Source: Vicugna vicugna (Eukaryota). From it: 64,000 bases of DNA. Both the position numbers and the translations under genes were made by a program. Shown piece after piece: positions 22,988 to 34,195 of this stretch. The DNA lies in contig MU058065.1 of assembly GCA_013265495.1 (NCBI GenBank), positions 7,254,302 through 7,318,301 of the forward strand, given 5' to 3'. Below the pieces are notes generated by a model. That model was given only the letters and a program-made list of their open reading frames with translations, searched no databases and was not told the origin of the DNA. Numbering within the stretch: the stretch's first letter is position 1; each line of letters begins with the position of its first letter.

Positions 22988-24899
22988 AATGGGAATTGCC
23001 TTTATTCTTATGATAAATTTACTCATAATAAAATTATTGAATGTCCAACAAAATATATGTCTAAGACCCAGCTTGCAGGGTGGATAAACAAGCCCATTTT
23101 CTGGGCCTCTTTTCCTGATTTTCAGGTTTTATTTTATGCCAGGAAATAATGAACAGGCCTCTGATCAGCAGTCTTTCAGGACTTATTCTGAAGATGCCCA
23201 CTGGACAGGCCTGCACAGCCATTTAAATTCAGTTTTCCAGGGGCCAATTTGGCCATAGGACCTTGTCCCAGCTCCCAGAATATCAATATCCAATGCTTAG
23301 TCACTGGCTAACCTCGTGGGAGCCCTATCAGAGGTTCATCTGAAATGTAGCCTCTGAGTAAAGACACAGCTTCACACTCTTCTGGAACTTGTCACTCCCT
23401 TATCCTCCCATTATGAGAATCTAGCTGTCCCCTCTCTGTATCTGGGCCACTGTTTTCTCTCCCCAGATAGCAGCTTTCATCTCCTTCTCCTTTTGGACAA
23501 ACAGTCTGGAAATGTTTCAGCTGACTTAGACCGTAACACTAACTCACCTAAGTTCTTGAGCCAGTGAATTCCATTTTCCCCACTCAAGGTCCTGGGAAGT
23601 GTTGGCTCAAAGGGACCTTGGCAGTTCTTTTAAAAATGTTGAGTGTTCTCTATAATATGACTCATCTTTGTGGCCACTAAACTCCAGATGACTGATTAAG
23701 AATCTTTGTACTCATCAAATAAACTTCATTATTCTCACTGATGAACTTGATGCTGAGCATGAATGTTAAAAATCTGTACTTAATATAGAACTGATCTTCT
23801 GTTTTAACTGTTGGGATTCTTCATAGAATTCTATTCAAACAAAACTCAAGCATGTGTGGAAGCCACTGGAGAAGGTGGCCAGTGGAGGCAGCTCGGGGCT
23901 CTAAGCAGCTGTCCATCTGCTGACTCCACAGATAACTGAGACACCCCTGTCTCTTCTGGGCATTGACCATTCTTATCCCAGCCTCCTTGCATCATGGCAA
24001 GGCAGAAAGAAAGGGACTATGAAGCCAGCAGTGGGGCTGCTCCTCTCTCAGGAATTCAGGGTCAGTGAGATAATGTCTGCGGAAGAACTTCTTCAGGGGA
24101 GGGCACTCAGCAAAGACAAGGGGCGCGCTTGTTATTCCTAGGCCTCCTGGAGCAGCCCAGGTAACTCAACCCTTTCATCTTAATGGGGAGTTGATGCTGT
24201 GCCTAACTCCTTTCTCCCAGAGTTAAGGTTTTTCTTTAAAGAAATAATTAGCAGGTGCTTTTAAACCTCTCCAGTGACTCATTCTTCTTTGAAATACTAA
24301 CCTCAGGTTGTCTCCTTCAGAGAATAAAATAATGGTGATAGCAATTTATTTCATAGCCAGGCCGATTAGCACATGCCCTATTCCCCAAACCTAAAAAAGA
24401 TCTCTAGTCTCTTTCGGCTCTAACGTGTCCTAAAAGTCCATCACCAGGGCTTTTCCTCTGGATGCCCTTTACTAGGGGTTTCTGCAGTAGAGAAGAGGTC
24501 GAGTGACAGGGATCAGGTGTGGAGACCCTGCAGGCAGAAGCCTGGAGGTCTAGCATATTTTGAACTTCTGGCCCTCTCACAGAGGGGAAGAAACCTTTGC
24601 AGGTCTCAAGAGTCCAGGCTCCATCCAAAAAGAGGATGGAAGAGATTTTTTTTAATCATGGGATTTCACAGAGTGCTTCATCTGTCTTTCTGACATCTCA
24701 GGGATGGTAGGAAGGACATGTGGCTAACTGATGGCTGACTGAAGACGCAATTCTTTGTTCTTGTAAACACAAAACTGTATTGATTTTCTTTTTAAGAGCC
24801 TATTCTTTTTTTCCCCTTTACCAATTTTGATTCTCACTGCAGCTTCTGTGAGGTATGTAAGGCAAGGATCACCATCCAAGACCCAGAATGAGAGTAAGA

Positions 24900-25055
24900 G
24901 AAGACACCTTAGAGATCAGCTCTGTCTAAATCTCCCATTTTACAGATGGGAAAGCCGAGGTTCAGAGGGAAGATACAGTGCTTTTGAAAGGTTATTGAAT
25001 GGCTTTTGGTGGAACTGAGATTAAACCCAAAGTCTCCTGACTTCTTTGTCTTTCC
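24900..25055 (-). mobile_element. MIR SINE fragment
   Basis: cccattttacagatgggaaagccgaggttcagaggg...gaactgagattaaacccaaagtctcctgact. Confidence 0.75.
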
Positions 25056-26789
25056 TACTTCATACCTTCAAATATTAAAATCTTACTGTATTTATAGCAA
25101 CATGGGTCAGGTTTGGAAGTTACAGAGTCCATGATCTTGAAAATATTTAAATTTCAGGTTAAGTTAAATCCTATTGTAATTTGGGTCCCCAGTCCCTATT
25201 TCTGTCTCTGATGGGAATGAAGAGTGGTGGTCAGCAACATTTCAGTTAGATTACAACCCAGGAAATTCTTTCTTGGGGGCATATTTATCACTTTGGTACC
25301 TTTTCCCCAAGCTTCCTCTTTCTCTCCAAATGTAGGGCAATACAGTGCTAAGAAGTCTCAGGAAAGATGACTCTTCGGTCTTTGGCAAAATGTTCCCATG
25401 TCCAAAATTCTGAACTATTTGGCGAGTGGGAGATTAGACCAGGTTGTTCAGTTGTTCAGCCAAGAGAACTGAGTGCTAATAATATGGGAATGGAGTTTTG
25501 CTCCATGAGATTTGTAACCAAAGGTAACCTCATGTTACCTTAACATTTATCTAATAATGTTATCTATCTAGGTTTTGGCCTGGGATGTACTAAGCTTGAA
25601 TCAGTTGTTTAAACTTGCTCATATGTCAAGAAGCCTCAATTTTCTCGAATATGGAATGGAAGTAAAAATAATACCTACCTCCTAGGTTGTTAAGAGGAAC
25701 AAATGAGATATGGCATGCACAGCACAATAAATAATCAGTAGCAATAATTTTTATTGCTTTTTATTGCTTACTTCTTTGTAAGGATTAACCCCTGATCCAT
25801 CCAATGGGGTGGATGGGTTGTGAGTTGGGGGTGGCGTGAGGGAGCTGTTATTCTAAGCTCTGTGCCTTTCTTTCTAATGTCTGTTAACCAGGTTTCTAGG
25901 GCTTTCCCTGGGCCACTCATCTGAGCTGTCTGTGTGAAGGACTGCCAGGTTTATCTTCTCTCAGTTAGAAAGGACACTAGGCCAGTCTCTCTCTCTCCAT
26001 GGCCAAGCCAGAAGAAATCCACTTAGAGGGGGATAGCTCACCATCTTGCACACTTGTAAATGAGAGCTCTCTTCCCTCACCCCGGGCTAGGTTATTCTGA
26101 GTCTATAAAAAGATCCCTGTCCACTTCAAAGGACTTTTTATCAGCTCACCCATACAGATCCTGTTCAACTCTTCTCATTTTCAAAGGCAGAACAAAACCC
26201 CTTGGCTGAACCCCCAGCAAGACTCTTACCTTCCTTAAAATATCTTTAACTTCAGTTAAACTGATCCTTCTTGGCTCCTTTTAGCAAATAGGTTGCCTTT
26301 ACAAAGAATTCCCTGACACTCTCTCCTCACTCCATCTCTACCCCCAACCCAGTCCCCGATATGTCTCCATCTGCAGGGGGATTTGTGCAGAGTTGAGCAA
26401 TGTGGCTCAGCCAGGACCTGAACCACTGGACCTTTTACATCTACTCTTGTTTCAGAATGTAGCCCAGACTACACCACTTCTGTGCCTTTTGGAGAGGGGC
26501 AGTAAATTAACCACTGACTTGGAAATAAACAGCCTGGGTTTTTAGGTCTCACGCTTTTACAGACACTCTGTGTGAATTTGGTCAAGTCTAGGTTTTGCTG
26601 TGCAATAAATAAAATGAGGGAGGTAAGTGTAACTTCATGATGATACCTTTGTTGTAACTGCCTGTTTCTAAGTCTGTCTCCCCAGTAGAGTGTGTTCCTT
26701 GAGGGCAGAGAAAATTTTCCATCTCCATACAAGTTTCTCGGTAAGCATTTATTAAATCAAGGTACCTGGGCTCTCTCCTAGTACACATT

Positions 26790-27810
26790 CTATCCTATCC
26801 ATTTCTACCTGTCTGTGCCAGACATGGCTTCTGTGCCTTCTCAGCTTCTCTCAGCTTCATGATCTTCCAAACACTTAGCTGCCTGCCTCCAGGTGGTCCT
26901 GCACAATTCAGAGGCAGGAGGCAGATCAACTGAACCCTGAACTCCTTGGCTTTTCCCTCCTCTCCCAGGTTGGGTGCAGCACCACACTTCAGGTTGAAGG
27001 ATCTGGCTTTCCCAGTGACTTTTAAAGGGTCCAGATGATGCAACTCAGAAGAGTAGGAGAGATAAATACCCAGTGGGTGAACTTTGTCAAATGGGAGAGA
27101 GGAAACAGGAGGGTGTTTGCAGATGAATTCCTCCATTTTTCTTTTCTCCAAGATTCTGTTTTTTTTTTTTTTTCCCTATAGAGTGTGTGCAGAGATGTCC
27201 TGTTGGGCTTCTCTGAAGCATATAAATTGTGTGATTGAATGACCCTTTGGGCTTCTCTGAAGCATGTAAAACTATGGCTATGTTGATAATTACTATGGTC
27301 TAAGTGTGTCTCCTATCCCCAATTCATATGTTAAAAGCATAACTGCCCAAAGATGATGATATTAAGAGGTGGGGACTTTGGGAGGTGCTTAAGTCATGAG
27401 GGTGGGACCCTCATGAATGGGATTAGTGCCTTATAAAGAGGTTCCAGAAAAATCCTTAGCTCCTTATACCACATGAGAACACAGCAAGAGTGCACGGCTA
27501 TGAACCAGTAAGAGGGCCCTCTTCAGAGGGTGACCATGCTTGCACCCTGATCTTGGACTTCCAGCTTCCAGAAGTGTGAGAAATAAATTTCTGTTGTTTA
27601 TAAGCTACCCAGCCTGTGGTGTTTTGTTACAGCAGCTGGAATGAGCTAAGACAATAATGCATCACCATTGCCTCGCATTCTTCCTTGACTTATGTCTCTT
27701 TTCACTCACTCTTGCTGCCTTGCTCTTTACACCTCCCAGTAAGCTATTAATATCTAAATCACTCCTCAGATCTTATTTTCTGGGGGAACCCAAGTTAAGA
27801 TGCCACATGT
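26790..27810 (+). mobile_element. ERVL LTR (LTR16/33-group) interrupted by an MLT1A
   Basis: Ends with ctcagatcttattttctgggggaacccaagttaaga, the typical LTR16-group 3' end. Body includes cagatgaattcctcc. Confidence 0.55.
27291..27653 (+). mobile_element. MaLR solo LTR (MLT1A-like), complete, with 5-bp TSD
   Basis: Runs from tactatggtct to gctaagaca and includes gagaaataaatttctgttgtttataagctacccag. TSD ATAAT at 27286-27290 and 27654-27658. Confidence 0.92.
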
Positions 27811-29199
27811 CCAAATCAATCTACCCAGATCCTGTTCCTATTCATCCTTACAGGTTCACGGGAAGTTAGAACTAGAAGGGATAATGGTACACATTTACTC
27901 ATTTTAATGGATAACAAAATGAGGTCTGGAGAAAGGAAGTGACTTGCTCAAGGTTAGTGACTGGAATAGTACTAGAATCCAGGATCTGTATTCCTCCCCC
28001 CAAATCTAGGAATAGTAAACTAGGAATTGGAGCACGGAAAGGGAGGAGCAAGCATTTTCTTCTTCCTGCCTTGTGGCTGGTGCTTTAGTAAACAAAAGCT
28101 CCCCATGGTGGTAACAGCAGAATGGAACATCTTGTTCTTAGCTGGGCACTGGGCTGGACGATTTGTCAGTAATGAGGGGCAATGTAGGGAAAACTGGACA
28201 AAAGATTTTTTTTTTTTTGTATAGGAAGGACCCATCTTCTTTTAATCAGAAAAAAAGAGACCTCCCCTACTCCAGATGAGAGTGAGAGTCTAAGAATTTG
28301 CCACACACAGGGACTTTGGGGGCAATGCAAAATGAAATGGTATCTTCACTTTCTCATTTGGGTTTAACTGCTTTGCTGGTTAAAAGCAAGGGTCTGGGCA
28401 AGACCCTTTGAAGAGGCGTTTAGAGCTAACAAGTGAGTCTTTGTGCATGGCACCATCTGAGCTCCTTCCTCTTTTTCCCAGGGATGAGACTGACAGTTGT
28501 CAGTATGAGTGTTCATCCACATGACCAATGTCTGTTTCTAGGATAAGAGAAGCAAAGAGAACAAGGAGCTCATACAAACACAGACTGGAAAGGAGCTTGG
28601 GTTCTGCAGTTAACCATCTTACTTTATGCAGAAGAAGAAACCACAGACCTGCCAGGGTCAAGCAGTTGACTGGGGCAAATCTGAAATAGCTTCACTTTCC
28701 AATTGAGAAAGGTAATTTAGAAAAGAAACTTAAGTTTCCCAGAAGACTAGAAAGGGCAAGAATCCTAGAGTGGACTCTCTCCCTTCCTTCTTCCCCAATC
28801 CCAGGACTAAAAGGAAAGACACACCCTTCTGTGTCTCCCTCATATACATCCTTTCATCTTCCTGCTAAATTTTAACATGTTCTATGGTCTTGAATGTCAT
28901 GGCTGTTTTTCCTTCTTCTGGCTCATCCCTGAGCTGTGATGGGCAAAGAGAATACTTTGAGGGAAGCACTAGGGTATTATAGTGATGTAGATGATGAATT
29001 TGAATCAGTAGACAAGATCCATCTTACTATTCTGGAGCTTGGGTGAGTCATATAACTCTTCTGAGTCTCTAATTCCTTATTTCTAAAGTGGGGATAAGAA
29101 TATCTGATTTGTAGAATTGCAGAGAGGAAGAGGTGTGATAATGTACTTATGTCTAAGAGTATCATTTAGGGACTTAGGAGAAACTAAATTAGAATAATT

Positions 29200-29688
29200 T
29201 GAGGAAATGCAGTCAATTTAGGATAATTCAGGAAAGTTTACCAAAGAAAGGATTCTTTACAAATGTGTGGGCAGAGTTTAGAGCCATCTCAGCATCAGTA
29301 CTATGGAGGGAGGGGGATGAGGGAGGAAGGCCTGCTACAACACCAAGGTAAAAAGATGAGGGGAGAGAGTAGTTGGCAAAACCTGGAAAAAGAAAATCAA
29401 TGGTCTGTGAGAGGGCCTTGGACAGGAGCCATTGGCCTTCAATTGGAGGAGGCATCCAACCCAAGGTGACCTTGCAGAGAAGGAGCCAGGGAACCCAGCC
29501 CCTCTGACCTCAGTCTCCTCCTTCCCTTTGATTTTCTGCCAGGGCTTTATTGACTGAACCCAAGGGGGAATCAGAGGTCATGGGAGCCTGGTGATGTAAT
29601 CCACACAAGTCAACCTCTTAGGGCAGAGAGCAGGGTAGAGAAGGGCAGAGGGTGGACCTGGAAGGGCAAATGGAAGACATCTGGCACA
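29200..29688 (-). mobile_element. LTR33/LTR41-like ERVL solo LTR
   Basis: Ends in gggcagagagcagggtagagaagggcagagggtggacctggaagggcaaatggaagacatctggcaca, the reverse complement of an LTR33-type start. Confidence 0.7.
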
Positions 29689-29736
29689 GAACATGCTTGT
29701 TAAACTATTAAGTACTTAGCATAGGGTAGTGGATTC

Positions 29737-30153
29737 TGTCCTGTGACATCCAGAACCACCACAACCGAAGCATGGATTCCTCCAGGTGCTGCTGGTGTTG
29801 TTGGCTGACTGCTGGCAAATAAGTCCCTCTCCAAGTCTTTCCCTTCCGTTTTAGGCCTTTTCCCCCCAAAGGTCATATTCACCTCTCCAAGGACAGCCCA
29901 CATCTATGACTGATCTATACAGGGTGTATAAAGGTCCAGCCATCTTGCACAATCTAGATAATCCAGAAGGACCGCCCCAGCTGCTGAGCTCCTTACAGGA
30001 TGGGCTGAAGACTGTTGCACTTGCATGTAGTTTAACTTCTCCATCTGCCCAGTACTGCTTCCTTCTCTCCGCCCTAATTGTCTGACCGTGCGAATATGCC
30101 CCCGAATCCCGACCTTCAGCTCTGATTCTAGTTCCTAGGGAACCTGTGACACA
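29737..30153 (+). mobile_element. LTR16-type ERVL solo LTR
   Basis: cacctctccaaggacagcccacatctatgactg...gtgtataaagg...ttctccatctgcccagtactgcttcctt...ttcctagggaacctgtgacaca. Confidence 0.75.
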
Positions 30154-30959
30154 TGCCAATATACCATTATTATTGACATGTAGAATTTGAGCAACTGCTA
30201 TAAGCCCAGCCTTGCACTCCAGCTAGAGTTGTGTGGGTTGTTCAAGGTTGTATGGGAGCATCCAGTCAAGTCAAACAAGTCAAGTGAGGGTTGAAATCCA
30301 TCCTGCATAATCCTCCTTATGCTGTTTGGCATGGGTAGCCTTTTTCTAACTGATATCGTTTCTCTATGGGCTCTAGCAATCTTGGCTTTAGGCACTTTAT
30401 TTTCAGTGAAAATTCCCCAGGATGAGAGAGAAAGGAAGAACAAAATGTCTGGGATGAAGCTGCAACATCCTCTAGAAAATTAAGAAGAGGTTGTTTCTTC
30501 TTATAGATTCTAAGAAGATGGCATCGGGGGGGAGACAAACTTCCTCAAGTGGCCCTAAGGAATCTAGTTTGTGTTTCCTGTTGCATCCCAGCTAGTCTCA
30601 TTAATCAGTGTGGCCAGTTACAGGTGACTTATAGGAGGGGTAGGATTCACCTCTTATTCTAAATGGAATTCTTTTGCACAAGAGATTTCATTTTTTTCTC
30701 TGAAATTTAAAAGCCAATTCTGCCTTTCCATAGTCACTGGAGGAGACTGTGAAGAGTGCTATTAATTCATCTTTGACCCATCATTTTATAAGGAATTGAA
30801 TGAACTTGGGGAAAGAAGTGACATTCTCCAGGTCCTGGGGCTGTTTTGCCGCAGATGATAGGTTCAGTTTCCTGACTCCTAGTCCAGTGCTCCTACTACG
30901 AACTCCATCAGGCTTCAGTCCCACTGAAGCACTTGCATCTTATCTGGACAGTGAAGTGT

Positions 30960-31490
30960 TGAGGAAAAGAGGCTAGGGAGGGGGCGACGGCAGTCTCGCC
31001 CCAGCAGTCCCAGCTCGTCCTCCTGTTGACAAGGAGAGCGCTGGCAGTGGGTGTGCTTTCTTCCCTCCTTGGCTCCAAGTAAACTGCTGAACTCCCAGGG
31101 CAGGGCCCACAGAGGCCACAGGGAGCAGATAGAACTGAGCCTTTGATGTAGCTCCAGAGAGAGGCCACTCTCCTTAACCAGTGGCTGGGGTTCTGCTTTA
31201 TGTAGACATTCCCTGTCTTCCCTTTTCTTAAAACATTCCTACAGAAGATAAAGTATTGTGCATTTATAGCTTTGGGCTGCCAAGAACATCCCACTAGCTC
31301 ATCTCGTAAATCCCACCAAGCCTCCCTCCAGTGGCAAGTCGTGTCCAGTCCTGCCAGGCCTGGGGCAGAGCAGGAGACACTGTGGGCCAGCCCAGGGCCA
31401 TCGGCACAGCCACTTTGCACCCTTGGGAGTGTGTGTCTCCTTGTCCTTCCTGCCCTCTCAACTTTGAGTCACAACATTCCCAAGGCAGTT
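30960..31490. promoter_or_regulatory. Candidate TEAD/AP-1/TCF/GATA enhancer
   Basis: ACATTCC at 31206, 31233 and 31474; TGAGTCA at 31465; CTTTGAT at 31141; AGATAA at 31246; locally GC/CpG-richer unique sequence. Confidence 0.35.
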
Positions 31491-32989
31491 GACTATTATC
31501 TCTAGGGATAATTTATATTCATTCTCTCTCTCCCTCTCCTTCTCCCCACCCCACCCACAATTCCACCCTGCTTTGTCATTCTAAATTTACATTAAATGCA
31601 AGCTCTTTCTAGTCACTGGTTCAGAAATCTTAGGCCAGGTTCATGCCTCCTCACTCAAATCATAGTATTTAACATTTATAGATCAAGGCTTGTCTTCCTC
31701 GTGAGCCACGAGACTTGGGCAGATATTTCATCCATGCTGACTGGTGTCTCTGCCTGCATTGAAGAGAGATGGGAATCTGGGGGCCCAGAGCAGGTGGGAA
31801 GACAGGAAGGCAGCTCTATCTTCTTCTACTCTCTCTTCTTTTGCCAGCATTTGGTTTCCTTAGAGGTTGCAAGTTCAACCACTTACTTGCTTGCAAGTTC
31901 AATCACCACAATTTATTTCTCTGATTCCAAAATATTTACTCCTTTGGATGATCTTCCTGGCCTCTCTTTTCCAGGTGTTTTTCCAGGTGTCCATCAAACT
32001 TGTTTCTCTTTGTTACTCTCTATATATTCTGAAGCTCCACCCACCTCCTCCTACTCTCTTTCCTTCTGCCCTATTCTCCTTCCTTCCAGTTTCTCCAGCT
32101 CACAGGACAACAGGTATAGCAGAATGTTATTAGCAGAGTTACTTTAGCGGTCAAGCCAGACACTGTCATGTAACAGAAGAGTCTGAGACACTTCTGGTAG
32201 GGGTGAATTGTCTTGCCTACTGTCATTCAGATAGTTGATGTCAAAGTTACAAAAACATCCTACAATGCCTTACTCCAGCCAATTCTCTTTCTATGACACC
32301 ACATTGGTGCTCTTTTTCCTTCATTTTCAGGAATTTATCCCTAATCATTGCTTTTTGCTCTAACTTCTATCTTGGTCCCTTTCAGCCTCTATCCCTATCC
32401 CAATCCTGTGGACCCTGAAGTGGGAAATGATGGGAGACATCCGGGGCCTCAAGTAGAAAGACTTTGCCTTGATCACCAGGGGGACAGGTTTGGAGCTTAA
32501 TTACAAAGCCAAGTTACATTTCTGATGTGAGATGCCACAGGGGTGGGTCCTGGGCTGCTTTAAACATCTGGGAGGCTGTACAGTGATGAAATAACCTTGC
32601 TGCTTGATGCATAAATAGAATACATGTCAAGAAACATTCTCTGGATAAAGGGGAAAACAGACATTTTGTTCCTTTCTGAGCCATCCAAGGAACACAAGTG
32701 GAACCCTTTTTCTTGGAAAGGGTGGGGATCTGGGGTGGGGGCAGCAGATGGGAGACTTCCAAGTAACCAAGGGTCGTGATTCATCTCCTTTCTGGGAATG
32801 ACACATGCCTTGTCCTTCATTCCTTCTCAAAAAAGACCTCCGTTCTGGGGACTGCTGTCAGCACGATCTGTGCTCTTCTAGGGAAGCTGAAAATGGCAGG
32901 GCTGAGAGAGAAACACCTATTGCCTGAGGACACAGGAGGCCAGCTGTGTACTGATTTCCCCAGATAACTCTTACCCATCCCTCAGATGT

Positions 32990-33280
32990 CAACTTTGATG
33001 CCTCTTTCTCCAGAGAGTTTCCCCTGATCCGTCAGAGCCCTCAGGTTCCTCTGTATTGTCTCTCATTTCCACTTGCAACTTTTGCTCTTGCCACAATTGT
33101 GATTAGATCACTTACCATATATAATGTTATTTAATATCCATCTCTCCTTCTTGAACTTCACCTCCATGAGGGATAGTGCTTATCTCTGTCATCTTTGCAG
33201 CCCCAGTATACAACAAAGTGCTTTGCTGTTGTGTGAAATTAGTAGATATTTATTGCATGGACTAATGAATATGAAAGGTT
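32990..33280 (+). mobile_element. L2 LINE 3' fragment
   Basis: ctccatgagggatagtgcttatctctgtcatc...gccccagtatacaacaaagtgc...agtagatatttattgcatggactaatgaat. Confidence 0.65.
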
Positions 33281-34143
33281 GAATTTCACTGCATGAGCCA
33301 AGTTATCACATTAGACAGCAACGCCAAGCACCAATGACTGATATATTATCTGACCAGTGGGATAGTGAAATAGATGGAGAATGCTTAGAGTTCAGAGATG
33401 TAGAGGTCACTGTAAACTGGGAAGGCTTCCTGGCTGCAGATCATAAGGCGGGTGTGGGCCCCTTCATTCCTCTCACATTCCGACTCATCAGGGTTTAAAT
33501 CTACTGACAACTCTGCCCAGATTCTTAGGATGTTTCCATGGGCCAGAATACGAACATAAGGAAGCACTGCCACCATCGTGCTAAGTTTATCCAGCAGCAG
33601 ATGCTGTGATGTATTGGCTGGAATTAGTTGATTTCTTATCATGGCAAGGTCTGAGTACACGTTGCAGCAGCTGTTTTCCAGCACATTCTTAGGGTCGTAC
33701 TCCTGGAATAGTGTTAATTCTCTTACTAACTTACAGTGGACAGCTAGCAGTCGGTGTGCCGTCTTAGAAGCATCCTCTAGAATAATCCATGATGCCCGAG
33801 GGAGCATACCCTTAGTGCTTCCCAGCTCACTACAGATATTTAACATTAGGGCAGAAACCAGGTGGAGCCCTGAGAGCTGCTTCCTATTGTGGGCAGGGCA
33901 GGGACCAACAGGGGTCAAGGATAAATAAATGGTAGAGCAGATATGATCCCTGTTTACAAGAAGGACAATCTAAAATAGGAGGCAGAACATCTGAGAAATT
34001 CTAGATCTTTTTGCTACCATCATATATTTAAAGTGTACCAGAGTGCCATTTCACCTGGAATTATGAATAATAATTTTTTTATTGCTAGTTGCTCTTTCTT
34101 AGCTCTGTGAAAATTGGCATGGTGATTATTCTGTATATTCTTT

Positions 34144-34175
34144 AAAAATTTATGTTTATTTTAATTTTTATTGAA
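34144..34175 (-). mobile_element. Ultra-truncated L1 tail insertion (32 bp)
   Basis: An exact 20-bp direct repeat, gattattctgtatattcttt (34124-34143 and 34176-34195), flanks a T-rich tract ending ttttattgaa. Confidence 0.7.
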
Positions 34176-34195
34176 GATTATTCTGTATATTCTTT

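Noticed and set aside
23735..23800. C/D-box snoRNA-like pattern (TGATGA...CTGA)
   Set aside because: Imperfect C box, no terminal stem and no recognisable rRNA/snRNA guide.
30908..32147. 170-aa (minus) and 183-aa (plus) ORFs
   Set aside because: No homology recognised. The composition reflects local GC or pyrimidine bias.
33385..33918. 177-aa minus-strand ORF in unique sequence with some CpG retention
   Set aside because: No recognisable domain or family, and about one ORF this long is expected by chance in six frames of 64 kb. A BLASTP or PhyloCSF hit would change this.
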